IMG/VR virus record: IMGVR_UViG_3300021373_002801
Coordinates: 1 to 64,000 of that record
From: a virus
Strand: one strand, 5' to 3'
DNA: 64,000 nt
Shown: positions 18,455 through 28,847 of the stretch, one piece after another
Position numbering within the stretch: the stretch's first letter is position 1
How the letters are laid out: every line of letters begins with the position of its first letter
The notes under the pieces: model-generated
Databases searched by the model: none
Told to the model about the DNA's origin: nothing
Seen by the model: only the letters and a program-made list of their open reading frames with translations
Translations under genes and position numbers: made by a program

Positions 18455-20446
18455 ATGGCAGAATTTAAACTAGGTAGAATTAGATTTGTATGGAAAAATA
18501 CTTGGACTACAACTACTCAATATTTTCAAGATGACGTAGTTGCCTACGGCGGAAAAATATATATTTGTGTTATAGGACATATTGCTTCTGCTGATTTCTT
18601 TACAGATTTTGATATTAGTCCTCCCAAATGGAATTTAGTAAGTGACGGCCAGGCTTGGAAAGGTGAATGGCAACCTCAAGTAGATTATATTGTTGATAAT
18701 ATTGTAAGGTACGGTGGAAGATTATACATTTGCCAAACTAAGCATACATCAGCAGCAGATTCAACAACCGGATTAGAAGCAGACATTGCTAATTGGCAAA
18801 TTTATGCAGAAAGTGTTGACTGGAAAGGTGATTGGTCAACAAGTTTTGACTATAAAGCCAACGACTTAGTAAAATACGGAGGCACAACTTATGTTTGTAA
18901 TCAAAATCATATTTCTTCATCTACAGTATCAGCAGGATTAGAAGCAGATCTAAGTAAATGGGATATTTTTAATCAAGGATTTGATTATAAAGGAACATGG
19001 ACTGCATCTGTAAGATATAAAGTTAATGACGTTGTAAAATTTGGTGCAAACACTTGGATTGCAACAGCATATCACACATCTTCAGCAGCATTTGCAACAG
19101 ATAGTAGCAATTGGACAAAATTTGTAGAAGGTTTCCAATACGAAGCACGATGGAGCGGACCAGCTTCATATCAACCTGGCGATATTGTATCATACGGCGG
19201 TAACCAATATATTGCAAAAACAGAAAATAGTGGACAGCGACCACCTACAAACAGCAGTGACTGGGATTTATTTTCTGAAGGTATTAGATTTATTGGACAG
19301 TGGGGAGATGACAGTACAAACTTTGAATATGAAATTGGAGATGTAGTTAGACACGGTGGATACACATATAAGGCAGTACAAGATCATACAGGACAACAAC
19401 CACCTAATACAACATACTGGCAACTTTTTAACACTGGTATAGATTGGCGAGGCGCCTGGCTAGACGACCAGGAATATTTCTTAGGTGATGTTGTACGATA
19501 CGGTGATAACTCATATATTTGTGTTTTAGGACATATATCAGAAGGTGACGACTTTTCAACAGTTGGTGATGCACCAGGCGGGTTTGACGGCGGTAATGAA
19601 AATTCAAGACCAGATCTAGATGCAACAGGTACATATTGGAACTTATTCAGTATTGGTAGCGAACAAAGTGTTCTTACAACAGCAGGTGATTTATTATACT
19701 ACGGTGGAGCAGGACCAACTAGATTACCTATCGGAACCGACGGACAAATATTACAAGTAGGTGATACTGGATATCCGGAATGGGCAACAATAAGTGATGC
19801 TGATGACGTCTATTACGTAGCAGAACATGGTTCAGACAAGCCAGCACCTGTGTATGGCAAAACAGTTGATCGTCCTTGGAGATCAATTAGATACGCCGCA
19901 CAGCAAGTAGAAAGAGGAACAAAAGCTTCTTCGGCTTGTAGGTTATTAGAATTAAATAGAAGATTTATTCAAAGAGAAATAGTTGAATGGACTGACTATC
20001 AAATTGCAAATGGCACATCACCGTTTACTACATCGTTTGTATACGATAGTGCAAAATGCGAAAGAGATATGGGATTAATTATCGATGCATTTATTTGGGA
20101 CTTGGCACACGGTGGTAATGTGAGATCTAGAGAAGCTGCATTGAAATATGTCAACGAACCAGGAAGTTTTTACGTATTAGGGCAAAAGGAAGAAACTGTG
20201 GCGGCAATAAATTACGGACTAACATTGATTGAAAAAGTGCTTGCACAAACAGCACCAGCAGTTAATTATCAAACTACAAACGGAGACAATTCTACAGCAA
20301 TAGTTGCACAGTATTTTGAATCTGCATTAGGAAGTGAAGATAATGTAGAATATGAAAGTACAGTGACTGGGGGCAGTTCGATTGTCGCAGTAAGCTCCGG
20401 CGGCGGCGGTGGATCCGGCGGTGGTGGTGGCGGAGGAGGCTACTAA
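18455..20446 (+). CDS. N-terminal half of a split giant virion protein (MAEF family)
   Basis: Homologous to the N-terminal part of 12843; ends in a Gly/Ser tail. Confidence 0.75.
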   Translation: MAEFKLGRIRFVWKNTWTTTTQYFQDDVVAYGGKIYICVIGHIASADFFTDFDISPPKWNLVSDGQAWKGEWQPQVDYIVDNIVRYGGRLYICQTKHTSAADSTTGLEADIANWQIYAESVDWKGDWSTSFDYKANDLVKYGGTTYVCNQNHISSSTVSAGLEADLSKWDIFNQGFDYKGTWTASVRYKVNDVVKFGANTWIATAYHTSSAAFATDSSNWTKFVEGFQYEARWSGPASYQPGDIVSYGGNQYIAKTENSGQRPPTNSSDWDLFSEGIRFIGQWGDDSTNFEYEIGDVVRHGGYTYKAVQDHTGQQPPNTTYWQLFNTGIDWRGAWLDDQEYFLGDVVRYGDNSYICVLGHISEGDDFSTVGDAPGGFDGGNENSRPDLDATGTYWNLFSIGSEQSVLTTAGDLLYYGGAGPTRLPIGTDGQILQVGDTGYPEWATISDADDVYYVAEHGSDKPAPVYGKTVDRPWRSIRYAAQQVERGTKASSACRLLELNRRFIQREIVEWTDYQIANGTSPFTTSFVYDSAKCERDMGLIIDAFIWDLAHGGNVRSREAALKYVNEPGSFYVLGQKEETVAAINYGLTLIEKVLAQTAPAVNYQTTNGDNSTAIVAQYFESALGSEDNVEYESTVTGGSSIVAVSSGGGGGSGGGGGGGGY

Positions 20447-23400
20447 TGGCAACAATATTTGAAACAATTACAAGTTTAAACAAAATTATCACAGACGCTG
20501 TTACAGCTGGTGTAGCAACCGATATTCCATCAAGGATAATAAGAAATACATTAATAAAAGTAAGTACAGGAAAATACTACGAAGTACTTCCTATAATTGT
20601 GCCTGCAGAATGTTGTATCATTGGTGACGAATTACGTTCAACAAATGTACAACCTCGTAAAGCAAGTAATTCTAGTTTGACACCTACAACAGATTTTAAT
20701 TATACCTATCATAGTCTTTCTCGCATAGAAGCTGTTATAGGCGATATTGTAAGCGGTGTATCAGTGACTCCGACAACTGGTAACACTCGAACACAAGTCA
20801 GAAGCTGGCCGTATGCAGAAACAGAAGGACCTAAAAAAGCTGCAAAGCAACTTGCAAGAACAATTAGAAGAAGAGTAGATATTGGTTTAGCAGATAAGTT
20901 TGAAGCAAATTTAACACCTTCTTATGATATGGATGATCCTAATTACGGTTATGCAAGAGAAGCATTAAAATTAAATAAAAAGTTTTTACAAGAAGAAGTA
21001 ATTGCATACATTAAAGCTAACTATCCAAATTTAAATTATAGCAGAACCAAATGTAAACAAGATACAGGTTTTGTAATTGATGCGATAGGATATGATTTAA
21101 CTTATGGTGGAAATTGGCAAACTGTTAGAGCCGGCGAAGCATATTACGAAGGAACTAATTTACAAATTAATTCAAGTGAAAAAACTGCAACTGTTGCAGC
21201 CTACGGATATCTAAAAAGTATAGCACAAAGTGTGAGTAGAAATACTCCAGTGACTCCTGTATTAAATACTGTGACAACACAACTAACTCCTCCAAAAGTA
21301 GGATCTGTAGCAGCCGCAACTACTATTGCTGGGTTGTTTGATGACTTTATTAATATTGTTAATACTGGATCAGGAGCTGAAACTATTGTTTATCCTCCAT
21401 TAACTAATGTAAGTCAATCATTACAAGATGCAAGTTTAACATTAGTTAACGCCAAAGCATCTGTACAAAAAACAACAATAGATTTTATTAACGGACATTT
21501 TGGAAATTTCCAATATAATAGTGCAAAGTGTCGTAGAGATTTAGATAATATTATCACAGATACATCTTATGATGTTGCATTAGGCACAAATTATAATGCA
21601 GTATTTAATGGCAGAGCATACAATAGACCTAATAATAATTATAATTTACAAACACAAAGAATAGAAACAGTTGGTGCAATTAGAAATGCAAGAGATGAGT
21701 TGAAAATTAGTGTTACTACTGACGGTTCATCAGCAGTAGGTTCAAGCAATGCAAGTACAAGAATACAAACAGCTTATGATGAAATTGTTGACATGATAAA
21801 CAATGGCCTTGATGCAGAAAATGCATTAAGTTTTCCAAGCCCTACTGGCGTAGATCAAAATAGAGTTGATGCAAAAGATAATCTTATTGCAAACAGAACT
21901 TTTATACAAGAAGATACAGTAGCATATGTTAATAATACCTACGGATCATTAGTATACAATGAAGGCAAGTGTAAACGTGATGTTGGTTACATTGTTGATG
22001 CTTTGTGTTATGATATATTATATGGCGGAACACAAGCCACTACAAGAATTGCAGAAAGTTATTTTGTTGACGGTAATACTCAAGTTTACGGTCAAGAAAC
22101 AGAAACTGTTGCTGCATACAACCATGCAAAAAGTATTATCGGAGACATTGTAAAAGAAGTAAGTGTAACAGCTCAAAGCGGACATACAGAGCTTCAAACA
22201 ACACCCGGTACTCCTGCAACTGCAACAGAAGAAACAGAACTGGATGCAAAAATTGATATTATTACTGCGGCAATCACTGCTGGTAATTTAAACAGTTTGC
22301 CTGCTCCTGTCTATCCTAGTATTACATGGGCAGATGCAGAATACGAAGTGGCACATTCAAATATTTTAAGCGATAAACAAGATGTAATTACAAGTACAAT
22401 ACAGTTTATTAATACAACTTATAATACAACATTTAATTATAATCAAGCTAAGTGTTCAAGAGATATCGGTTTGCTTATAGATGCAGCACGATATGATTTT
22501 ATGCTAGGAACAAATTTTGCTAGTATTAATGCTGGTTTAAGTTATTTGAGAGCTCCTAGCAAAAAAGTATTAGGATTACAAAAAGATGCGACACTAGCGG
22601 CTAACGAATATGTTCGTACACAATTAGTCGCAGCAGTAGCAGGAAATGCAACAGCAGTAGCCGGAATAAACGATGGATGGGATTGGATACAAGACATTAT
22701 CTTTAGTGGTAGTAACGAAGGAAGCATAAACCAGACAACTGACATAGAGGCTTATAATGCCATAAGGCAATTAGAGCTAAACAAAGAATTTATAGTAGAT
22801 GAAGCACTAGCATTTGTAGATAACAAGTTTAAAGATACTGTACTAGGTATGGTAATGACCGAAGAGCTTGGACCTCCGGTTGTAGACGGACAATTTATTA
22901 TCAGCGACACAAGTTGGATGTTTGAAGGCATGCCAATTAAATTTACAGCAGGAGATGACAGTTCTGATTCTGTAGAAAATGCTAATTTAGTTGAAGATCA
23001 AACATACTACGTAAAGCATATTTATAGTTCTACAAACTTTAGTATAAGCGAAACACAGTACGGCACACTATACTCAACTACAAATTGGGGTCAAGGATTC
23101 CAGGTTGAGAAAGTTTATAATTATAATCGTGCTTTATGTCAACGTGATGTAAGAGAACATATTGATGCAATCAAATGGGATATGACTTGGCCACAAGAAC
23201 AATTTAGGACTTATAATAAATTTGGCTTTGACGTATCACTTTACTTACCAGGCATGTATAGAACAAATCTTGGAGCAAGGTATTATGTTAATAGTGTAAT
23301 CGGATCACAAGAAGAAGATTTCTATTACCTACGTAACGGAACTGGTTTGAGATTGCAAACATTGGAAGGCCTACAGGGAGATCTTGGACCTGCAAATACT

Positions 23401-26400
23401 TATGGCACAAGCCGACCAACAGCGGGTGCTTATGCATCGTTGGATCCAGGTTGGGGACCAGACGATACAAGAGTCTGGATTACAGCACGTTCACCGTATG
23501 TACAAAACTGTACAACATTTGGTTATGCAGCAGTTGGTCAAAAAATTGATGGCGCATTACATAACGGCGGCAACGATTCGATTGTTAGCAACGACTTTAC
23601 ACAAGTTATATCAGATGGTATAGGTGCATGGATTACAAACAACGGTAGAGGCGAACTTGTTTCGGTGTTTACATATTACTCACATGTAGGTTATTTGTGT
23701 GAGGCAGGCGGACGTATGAGAGCTACAAACGGAAACAACTCATATGGTAAATTTGGATCAGTTGCAGAAGGAGTAGATGCTGAAGAAACTCCAGTTACAG
23801 CAATAGTTGACAACGAGAAACAATATAGAGCAGTCATTGCTAATGTGTTTACAGATGCTGCAAATGAAATACTACAATTAGAATATTCACATGCAGGAAA
23901 TGATTATACCGAAGCACAAATAGATATATTTGGTGTAGGTGACAGTGAAACTCTAGTACAAGATGAATTTAGAGATCAAGGTGTCAATCAAGTAAGAATT
24001 ATTGAAGTAGATGATTCTACAGGAAATCCAGATGCAACAGCAGGTGGTAGTGGGTATTTACAAGTTACAAACACTGCACAGACTGGTGATTCAACTAGCT
24101 TAACAATAGCAGCTACTGACGGTAGTGCAAGTAGTGCATACATAGGCATGAAACTTTATATTACTTCAGGTGCAGGAGTTGGATTGTTTGGTATTGTAGA
24201 TACATACAATTCAGGATCTAAAGTTGCAACTGTTGTAAAAGAATCAGATGGTACAGCAGGTTGGGATCACGTTGTTCCAGGAACAACATTTGTATCTCCT
24301 AATAGTTCATCAATTTACTTGATTGAACCTAGATTGTCATTTACTGGGCCATCTAGAACAGACACTACACACACTATTACTAGTGATGTTTGGAACGATG
24401 TAAAATTTGTTGAAACATCTGCACAATATAATAATCAAAGTGTTACAACACAAAGTGACGGGGTAAATGCTACATTTGATGTTGTTAGAAATGGTTCAAA
24501 ATATTACGTATCATTAAATTCAGGCGGAACAGGCTACACTAGATTAGATACTGTTACAATACCTGGAACTAGTGTAGGCGGAGCAACTACAACTAACGAT
24601 ATAACAATAACAATTACAACAGTGAATAGTTCGACCGGTGCTATTGAAGAATTTGACATTGATGGAACAGGACAAAAAGGTGTATATGTTGCACTACCAG
24701 ATGGCGGAACAGGAGCACAAACATCAATAGACGGTGCTACTTGGACAAGTTCAACATTGGCAACTAGTGCAGATTATAAACGTGTAAGCAACGGTTTGAT
24801 AGATGATGGTTCAACTACATTCAAACAAAGTTATGCAATAGCAGTTGGGATTACAGGCGGAGCAACAGTTGTAAACTATAGTTTAAATGGTACAAGTTGG
24901 ACTGCACCTGGATCACAACCTTCGCTTACAGCGGCAACATATGCTGATACAGCATTTGGACAGATTAATTCAAATACTGGTAGATTCATAATTATTGGTG
25001 ATGGCGACAGAGATGTTTCATACTCAGATGATGGTGGCGCTTCCTGGACAACAACTTCAAACGCTTTACCTAGCACAGGATTTAGTTCCGTAGCTTACGG
25101 GCAAGGAAAGTTCGTTGCTGTAAAACGTGCAGCACAAAATGTTGCATACTCAACAGACGGTGTTACTTGGACTGAAGTTGCATCAGGTCTCCCTGCAGCA
25201 GATGATTGGGAAGATATAACATACGGTAAAGGTAGATTCTTTGCTATTGCAACTGACACAAGAAATGGTGCATTTAGTTTAGATGCAGGAGCAACTTGGA
25301 CACAACAAGCCATTACAACAGGCGGCTCTAACACAGCAACACCAAAACGTATTGCTTACGGACAAGGTGTATTTGTTGTTACAACAACTGACACTAACGA
25401 GCTATCATATAGCGAAGATGGTGTATACTGGCCTACTCCTTATGCAATTACAGGTGCAACATATACAGGTGGACTAAATGCAGTTGGATTTGGAAATAAT
25501 AATAGTGATCCAAAATTTGTAGCTATACAAACAGGAACAACTACAGCAGTTGGTAACTTTAACATAGGCTGTACTACAAAAGCTAGAGCTAGTGTTGCAA
25601 ACCAAAAAATATTCGCAGCAAGAATTACAGAGCCAGGATCAGGTTATGGAAGCACTGCACCTACAATGACTATAACTGATCCAAACAATATTAACGAGGC
25701 ATTATTTACTGTTAGATTAAACAACGGTATATTAGGACAGCCAACATTTATTGCTAGAGGTAATGGTTTCATATCAGCTAGTGGTGAAATAAACACAGAC
25801 AACAGCAATGGTTTTGCTGATTTCCTACAAGACGGACAATTTGTTGCAGTTAGACAACTATCAGCTGTTCCTGTAAATGGTTCAAACGTTGTGTTTGATA
25901 GCTTACCGGGGACTGTATTTAAACTTGTTAACGTAGTTAGTAGAGTTGGTACAAAAGACGGTTCTTATACTGCATTCTTACAATTATCACCTAATATGGA
26001 AATTGAAGATGCTGTACCTAACGGTGACGGTGTTACTATGCGTATTAGATTTAGTCAGGTACGTCTAACAGGACACGACTTCTTAGATATTGGTACAGGA
26101 AACTTTGACGATACAAATTATCCGAATAATGTTTACGGAGATCCAGTTAATACTCCATCGCAGTTAAATGAAACAGTAGCATCGAACGGTGGTAGGGTAT
26201 TCTTTACAAGTACTGACCAAGATGGTAACTTTAGAGTGGGCGATTTGTTTAGTATTGAACAGGCAACAGGTGTTGCGACATTGAATGCAGATGCATTTAA
26301 CATTGCAGGACTTCAAGAATTATCACTAGGTGAAGTTACACTAGGCGGAAACTCTGCAAGTGTTACAGAATTTAGTACAGATCCTTTCTTTACTGCAAAC

Positions 26401-26628
26401 AGTGATAATATTGTACCTACGCAACGTGCAATTAAATCATATATTGAGGCACAAATTGGTGGTGGTGGTGCATCACTAGTAGTTAACAGTGTAACAGCTG
26501 GCGACATCTTTATTAATAGTACACAAATTACTACGGTAAGTGGCGCAACGATAAATATAAAAGCAAATGTAAACTTTACAAAAAGTGTATTAGGTTTACC
26601 ACTGGCTTATAATTACTTTTTAAGATAG
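20446..26628 (+). CDS. C-terminal half of a split giant virion protein: helical KCxRD repeats, beta-helix and Asp-box propeller
   Basis: Homologous to 12843 from 'IKVSTG..E..PI.VPA.C...GDELR' onward; five C-x-R/Q-D helical repeats; BNR repeats; SD GGAGGAGG. Confidence 0.8.
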   Translation: MATIFETITSLNKIITDAVTAGVATDIPSRIIRNTLIKVSTGKYYEVLPIIVPAECCIIGDELRSTNVQPRKASNSSLTPTTDFNYTYHSLSRIEAVIGDIVSGVSVTPTTGNTRTQVRSWPYAETEGPKKAAKQLARTIRRRVDIGLADKFEANLTPSYDMDDPNYGYAREALKLNKKFLQEEVIAYIKANYPNLNYSRTKCKQDTGFVIDAIGYDLTYGGNWQTVRAGEAYYEGTNLQINSSEKTATVAAYGYLKSIAQSVSRNTPVTPVLNTVTTQLTPPKVGSVAAATTIAGLFDDFINIVNTGSGAETIVYPPLTNVSQSLQDASLTLVNAKASVQKTTIDFINGHFGNFQYNSAKCRRDLDNIITDTSYDVALGTNYNAVFNGRAYNRPNNNYNLQTQRIETVGAIRNARDELKISVTTDGSSAVGSSNASTRIQTAYDEIVDMINNGLDAENALSFPSPTGVDQNRVDAKDNLIANRTFIQEDTVAYVNNTYGSLVYNEGKCKRDVGYIVDALCYDILYGGTQATTRIAESYFVDGNTQVYGQETETVAAYNHAKSIIGDIVKEVSVTAQSGHTELQTTPGTPATATEETELDAKIDIITAAITAGNLNSLPAPVYPSITWADAEYEVAHSNILSDKQDVITSTIQFINTTYNTTFNYNQAKCSRDIGLLIDAARYDFMLGTNFASINAGLSYLRAPSKKVLGLQKDATLAANEYVRTQLVAAVAGNATAVAGINDGWDWIQDIIFSGSNEGSINQTTDIEAYNAIRQLELNKEFIVDEALAFVDNKFKDTVLGMVMTEELGPPVVDGQFIISDTSWMFEGMPIKFTAGDDSSDSVENANLVEDQTYYVKHIYSSTNFSISETQYGTLYSTTNWGQGFQVEKVYNYNRALCQRDVREHIDAIKWDMTWPQEQFRTYNKFGFDVSLYLPGMYRTNLGARYYVNSVIGSQEEDFYYLRNGTGLRLQTLEGLQGDLGPANTYGTSRPTAGAYASLDPGWGPDDTRVWITARSPYVQNCTTFGYAAVGQKIDGALHNGGNDSIVSNDFTQVISDGIGAWITNNGRGELVSVFTYYSHVGYLCEAGGRMRATNGNNSYGKFGSVAEGVDAEETPVTAIVDNEKQYRAVIANVFTDAANEILQLEYSHAGNDYTEAQIDIFGVGDSETLVQDEFRDQGVNQVRIIEVDDSTGNPDATAGGSGYLQVTNTAQTGDSTSLTIAATDGSASSAYIGMKLYITSGAGVGLFGIVDTYNSGSKVATVVKESDGTAGWDHVVPGTTFVSPNSSSIYLIEPRLSFTGPSRTDTTHTITSDVWNDVKFVETSAQYNNQSVTTQSDGVNATFDVVRNGSKYYVSLNSGGTGYTRLDTVTIPGTSVGGATTTNDITITITTVNSSTGAIEEFDIDGTGQKGVYVALPDGGTGAQTSIDGATWTSSTLATSADYKRVSNGLIDDGSTTFKQSYAIAVGITGGATVVNYSLNGTSWTAPGSQPSLTAATYADTAFGQINSNTGRFIIIGDGDRDVSYSDDGGASWTTTSNALPSTGFSSVAYGQGKFVAVKRAAQNVAYSTDGVTWTEVASGLPAADDWEDITYGKGRFFAIATDTRNGAFSLDAGATWTQQAITTGGSNTATPKRIAYGQGVFVVTTTDTNELSYSEDGVYWPTPYAITGATYTGGLNAVGFGNNNSDPKFVAIQTGTTTAVGNFNIGCTTKARASVANQKIFAARITEPGSGYGSTAPTMTITDPNNINEALFTVRLNNGILGQPTFIARGNGFISASGEINTDNSNGFADFLQDGQFVAVRQLSAVPVNGSNVVFDSLPGTVFKLVNVVSRVGTKDGSYTAFLQLSPNMEIEDAVPNGDGVTMRIRFSQVRLTGHDFLDIGTGNFDDTNYPNNVYGDPVNTPSQLNETVASNGGRVFFTSTDQDGNFRVGDLFSIEQATGVATLNADAFNIAGLQELSLGEVTLGGNSASVTEFSTDPFFTANSDNIVPTQRAIKSYIEAQIGGGGASLVVNSVTAGDIFINSTQITTVSGATINIKANVNFTKSVLGLPLAYNYFLR
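26550..26557 (+). promoter_or_regulatory. Possible late promoter core (GATAAATA) inside the 3' end of the preceding gene
   Basis: Motif match about 85 nt upstream of 26641. Confidence 0.35.
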
Positions 26629-26640
26629 GAGAAAAAAGAA

Positions 26641-26964
26641 ATGGCAACAGGAATATTAGGTACACCGGCAGATATGCCGGCAACCACAAACACCACAATC
26701 TATACTGTACCAGCTGACAATTTTGCTATTGTATCTATTAATGTTACAAATAGAGCAGGAAGTACACGTGATGTACGTATTGCACTAGCAGCAAGTGATA
26801 CACCAACTGATGCTGAATGGATAGAATACGATACAGAAATAGTTGCAAACGGTACACTTGAGCGTAGCGGTATTGTTTTAGATGCAACAAAAAAAGTTGT
26901 AGCATACGTAAACAGTACAGATGTAACTGTCATGGTGTATGGTATAGAAACAGCGACAGCGTAA
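26641..26964 (+). CDS. Small structural protein (~108-aa family, copy 3)
   Basis: 'TTIYTVP...INVTNR...GIVL...YGIE'; SD AGGAG. Confidence 0.75.
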   Translation: MATGILGTPADMPATTNTTIYTVPADNFAIVSINVTNRAGSTRDVRIALAASDTPTDAEWIEYDTEIVANGTLERSGIVLDATKKVVAYVNSTDVTVMVYGIETATA

Positions 26965-26974
26965 GGAGCAAATA

Positions 26975-27781
26975 ATGCGTAGAATAACAACAGGTATAGT
27001 AGGCGGACCAATATTAGGACAGTTATCAGCTTTCCAAAATAACGTTTCTGGTGTTGTTACTAACCAAGATATTACTTTGTCTCCAAGCGGAACTGGTATA
27101 GTAAAAGTGAATTCACATTTACAGTTGCAAGGCCAAGCGGATTTAAGACTAGGTGATGCAGATAGTACACATTATGTAGGCTTTCAGGCAGAATCATCTA
27201 TATCTACAAGTGTAGTTTATACAATGCCAGCAACAGGCCAATCAGCTGGTTACGTACTACAAACTGACGGTAGTGGTGTACTAAGTTGGACAAGCCCGGC
27301 TCTAGACATTACTGATCAAGTAGCTGCTACAGCAACATACTATCCTGCTATACTAAGTGCTACTAGCGGCGAAACAACTGTTTTAAACACATCAAGTTCT
27401 AAGCTAACATTCCAACCAAGTACAGGTAATTTTACAGTTTCAGGACAGGTAAGTGGCGGCAGTGCATCGTTTACAAACAATATGAGTGCAGGATCAATTA
27501 CTGAAACATCAAGTATTGTGTTAAAAGAAAATATAACTCCTATCGAAGACGCACTTGATGCAATATTAAAACTTACTGGAAAAGTATACGATCGTAAAGA
27601 CGGAAGTTCATACAACGAAGTTGGGTTAATTGCAGAAGAAGTTAACGAAGTAATACCAAATGTTGTAAAGAAAGACGCAAAAGGAAACACAGAATCTATA
27701 TACTATTCTAGGTTAAGTGCATATTTAATTGAAGCAGTGAAGGCACTAAAGACTGAAGTAGATAGCTTAAAAGGAAAATAA
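26975..27781 (+). CDS. Tail fibre protein with C-terminal intramolecular chaperone (peptidase S74-like)
   Basis: 'TSSIVLKENI..I..AL..I.KL....Y......GLIAEEV..VIP.VV...Y..L...LIEAVK.L' is the ICA/S74 signature. Confidence 0.85.
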   Translation: MRRITTGIVGGPILGQLSAFQNNVSGVVTNQDITLSPSGTGIVKVNSHLQLQGQADLRLGDADSTHYVGFQAESSISTSVVYTMPATGQSAGYVLQTDGSGVLSWTSPALDITDQVAATATYYPAILSATSGETTVLNTSSSKLTFQPSTGNFTVSGQVSGGSASFTNNMSAGSITETSSIVLKENITPIEDALDAILKLTGKVYDRKDGSSYNEVGLIAEEVNEVIPNVVKKDAKGNTESIYYSRLSAYLIEAVKALKTEVDSLKGK

Positions 27782-28846
27782 ATGGCACAGTTTAATCTCC
27801 AAACATCGTTTGATGAACTTACACTAGCAACAGGAACAACTGCCCAAAGACCAGGCGCTCCAGTAAATGGTATGATAAGATACAATACCACTATAAGTTT
27901 GTTAGAGTTTTATGATGGATCAAATTGGAGACCTGTAACAGGATTTTCACAAGGTAATATTGGCTCAGGTGGACAAAGTATACTAAAAAAAGGAAATAGT
28001 ATTGTTCATATGTTTACCACCACAGGCAACCACACATTTACTCCTGCTCACTCAGGATACGTACAAGTATTAGTAGTAGGTGGCGGTGGCGGAACTGGCG
28101 GCGGCTGGACTGGTGGCGGCGGCGGTGGCGGAATGATTTTTAACAGATCATTCCCTGTAAGCGCAGGTTCAGGATATGGCATAACTGTAGGCGGCGGCGC
28201 AGGCCGTGGTTCACGTAGTAATGGTGGCAATAGTGTATTTTCAACCATCACAGCAAATGGTGGCGGCTACGGCGGCTGGTGGTCCGGCGGTGATGCTGCT
28301 CCCGGCGGATCCGGCGGAGGTGGAGGAAACTCTAGTGCAGACGGAAGTAGACGCAGAGAGCCAGGCGGCTTAGGAGTTACAGGACAAGGCTTTCCAGGAG
28401 GAAGCGGTGTAAGATTCCATGATGACGGAACAAATACTCACAATGGCGGAGGTGGTGGAGGTGCTGGCGGACCAGGACTAGACAGCCAAGACGAAGCACA
28501 AGGTCAACCGACACACGGGGGTCCAGGTGCAGCATCAGACATATTAGGCGATACCCTTTATTGGGGTGGCGGTGGCGCAAGCGGACCACACATCTGTGAT
28601 GGTGGCGGTGGCAACGGCGGCGTTGGCGGCGGAGGAGGAGGAGCTGCACACTATGTTCCTAGATATCCAACTGTTGGTAACGGACGTGGTGGCGGACAAA
28701 GTTTAAACAAAGGGCAAAATGCAACTAACAATGACGGTCATGCAAGATATGGAGGCGATGGAGCAGCTAATACTGGCGGTGGTGGCGCACATGGCGGATC
28801 AGGTCATGGCGGTGGTGGCTCTGGTATAGTTGTAGTGAGGTACTAA
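27782..28846 (+). CDS. Glycine-rich fibre-tip/adhesin-like protein 1
   Basis: TAQRP N-terminus, then 'VLVVGGGG' and poly-Gly blocks separated by variable loops; ends 'GSGIVVVRY'. Confidence 0.8.
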   Translation: MAQFNLQTSFDELTLATGTTAQRPGAPVNGMIRYNTTISLLEFYDGSNWRPVTGFSQGNIGSGGQSILKKGNSIVHMFTTTGNHTFTPAHSGYVQVLVVGGGGGTGGGWTGGGGGGGMIFNRSFPVSAGSGYGITVGGGAGRGSRSNGGNSVFSTITANGGGYGGWWSGGDAAPGGSGGGGGNSSADGSRRREPGGLGVTGQGFPGGSGVRFHDDGTNTHNGGGGGGAGGPGLDSQDEAQGQPTHGGPGAASDILGDTLYWGGGGASGPHICDGGGGNGGVGGGGGGAAHYVPRYPTVGNGRGGGQSLNKGQNATNNDGHARYGGDGAANTGGGGAHGGSGHGGGGSGIVVVRY

Positions 28847-28847
28847 T

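Noticed and set aside
20356-20446. Programmed -1 frameshift fusing 18455 and 20446
   Set aside because: The -1 frame is open from 20356, but there is no canonical X XXY YYZ slippery site. A strong SD and TAATG coupling favour re-initiation.
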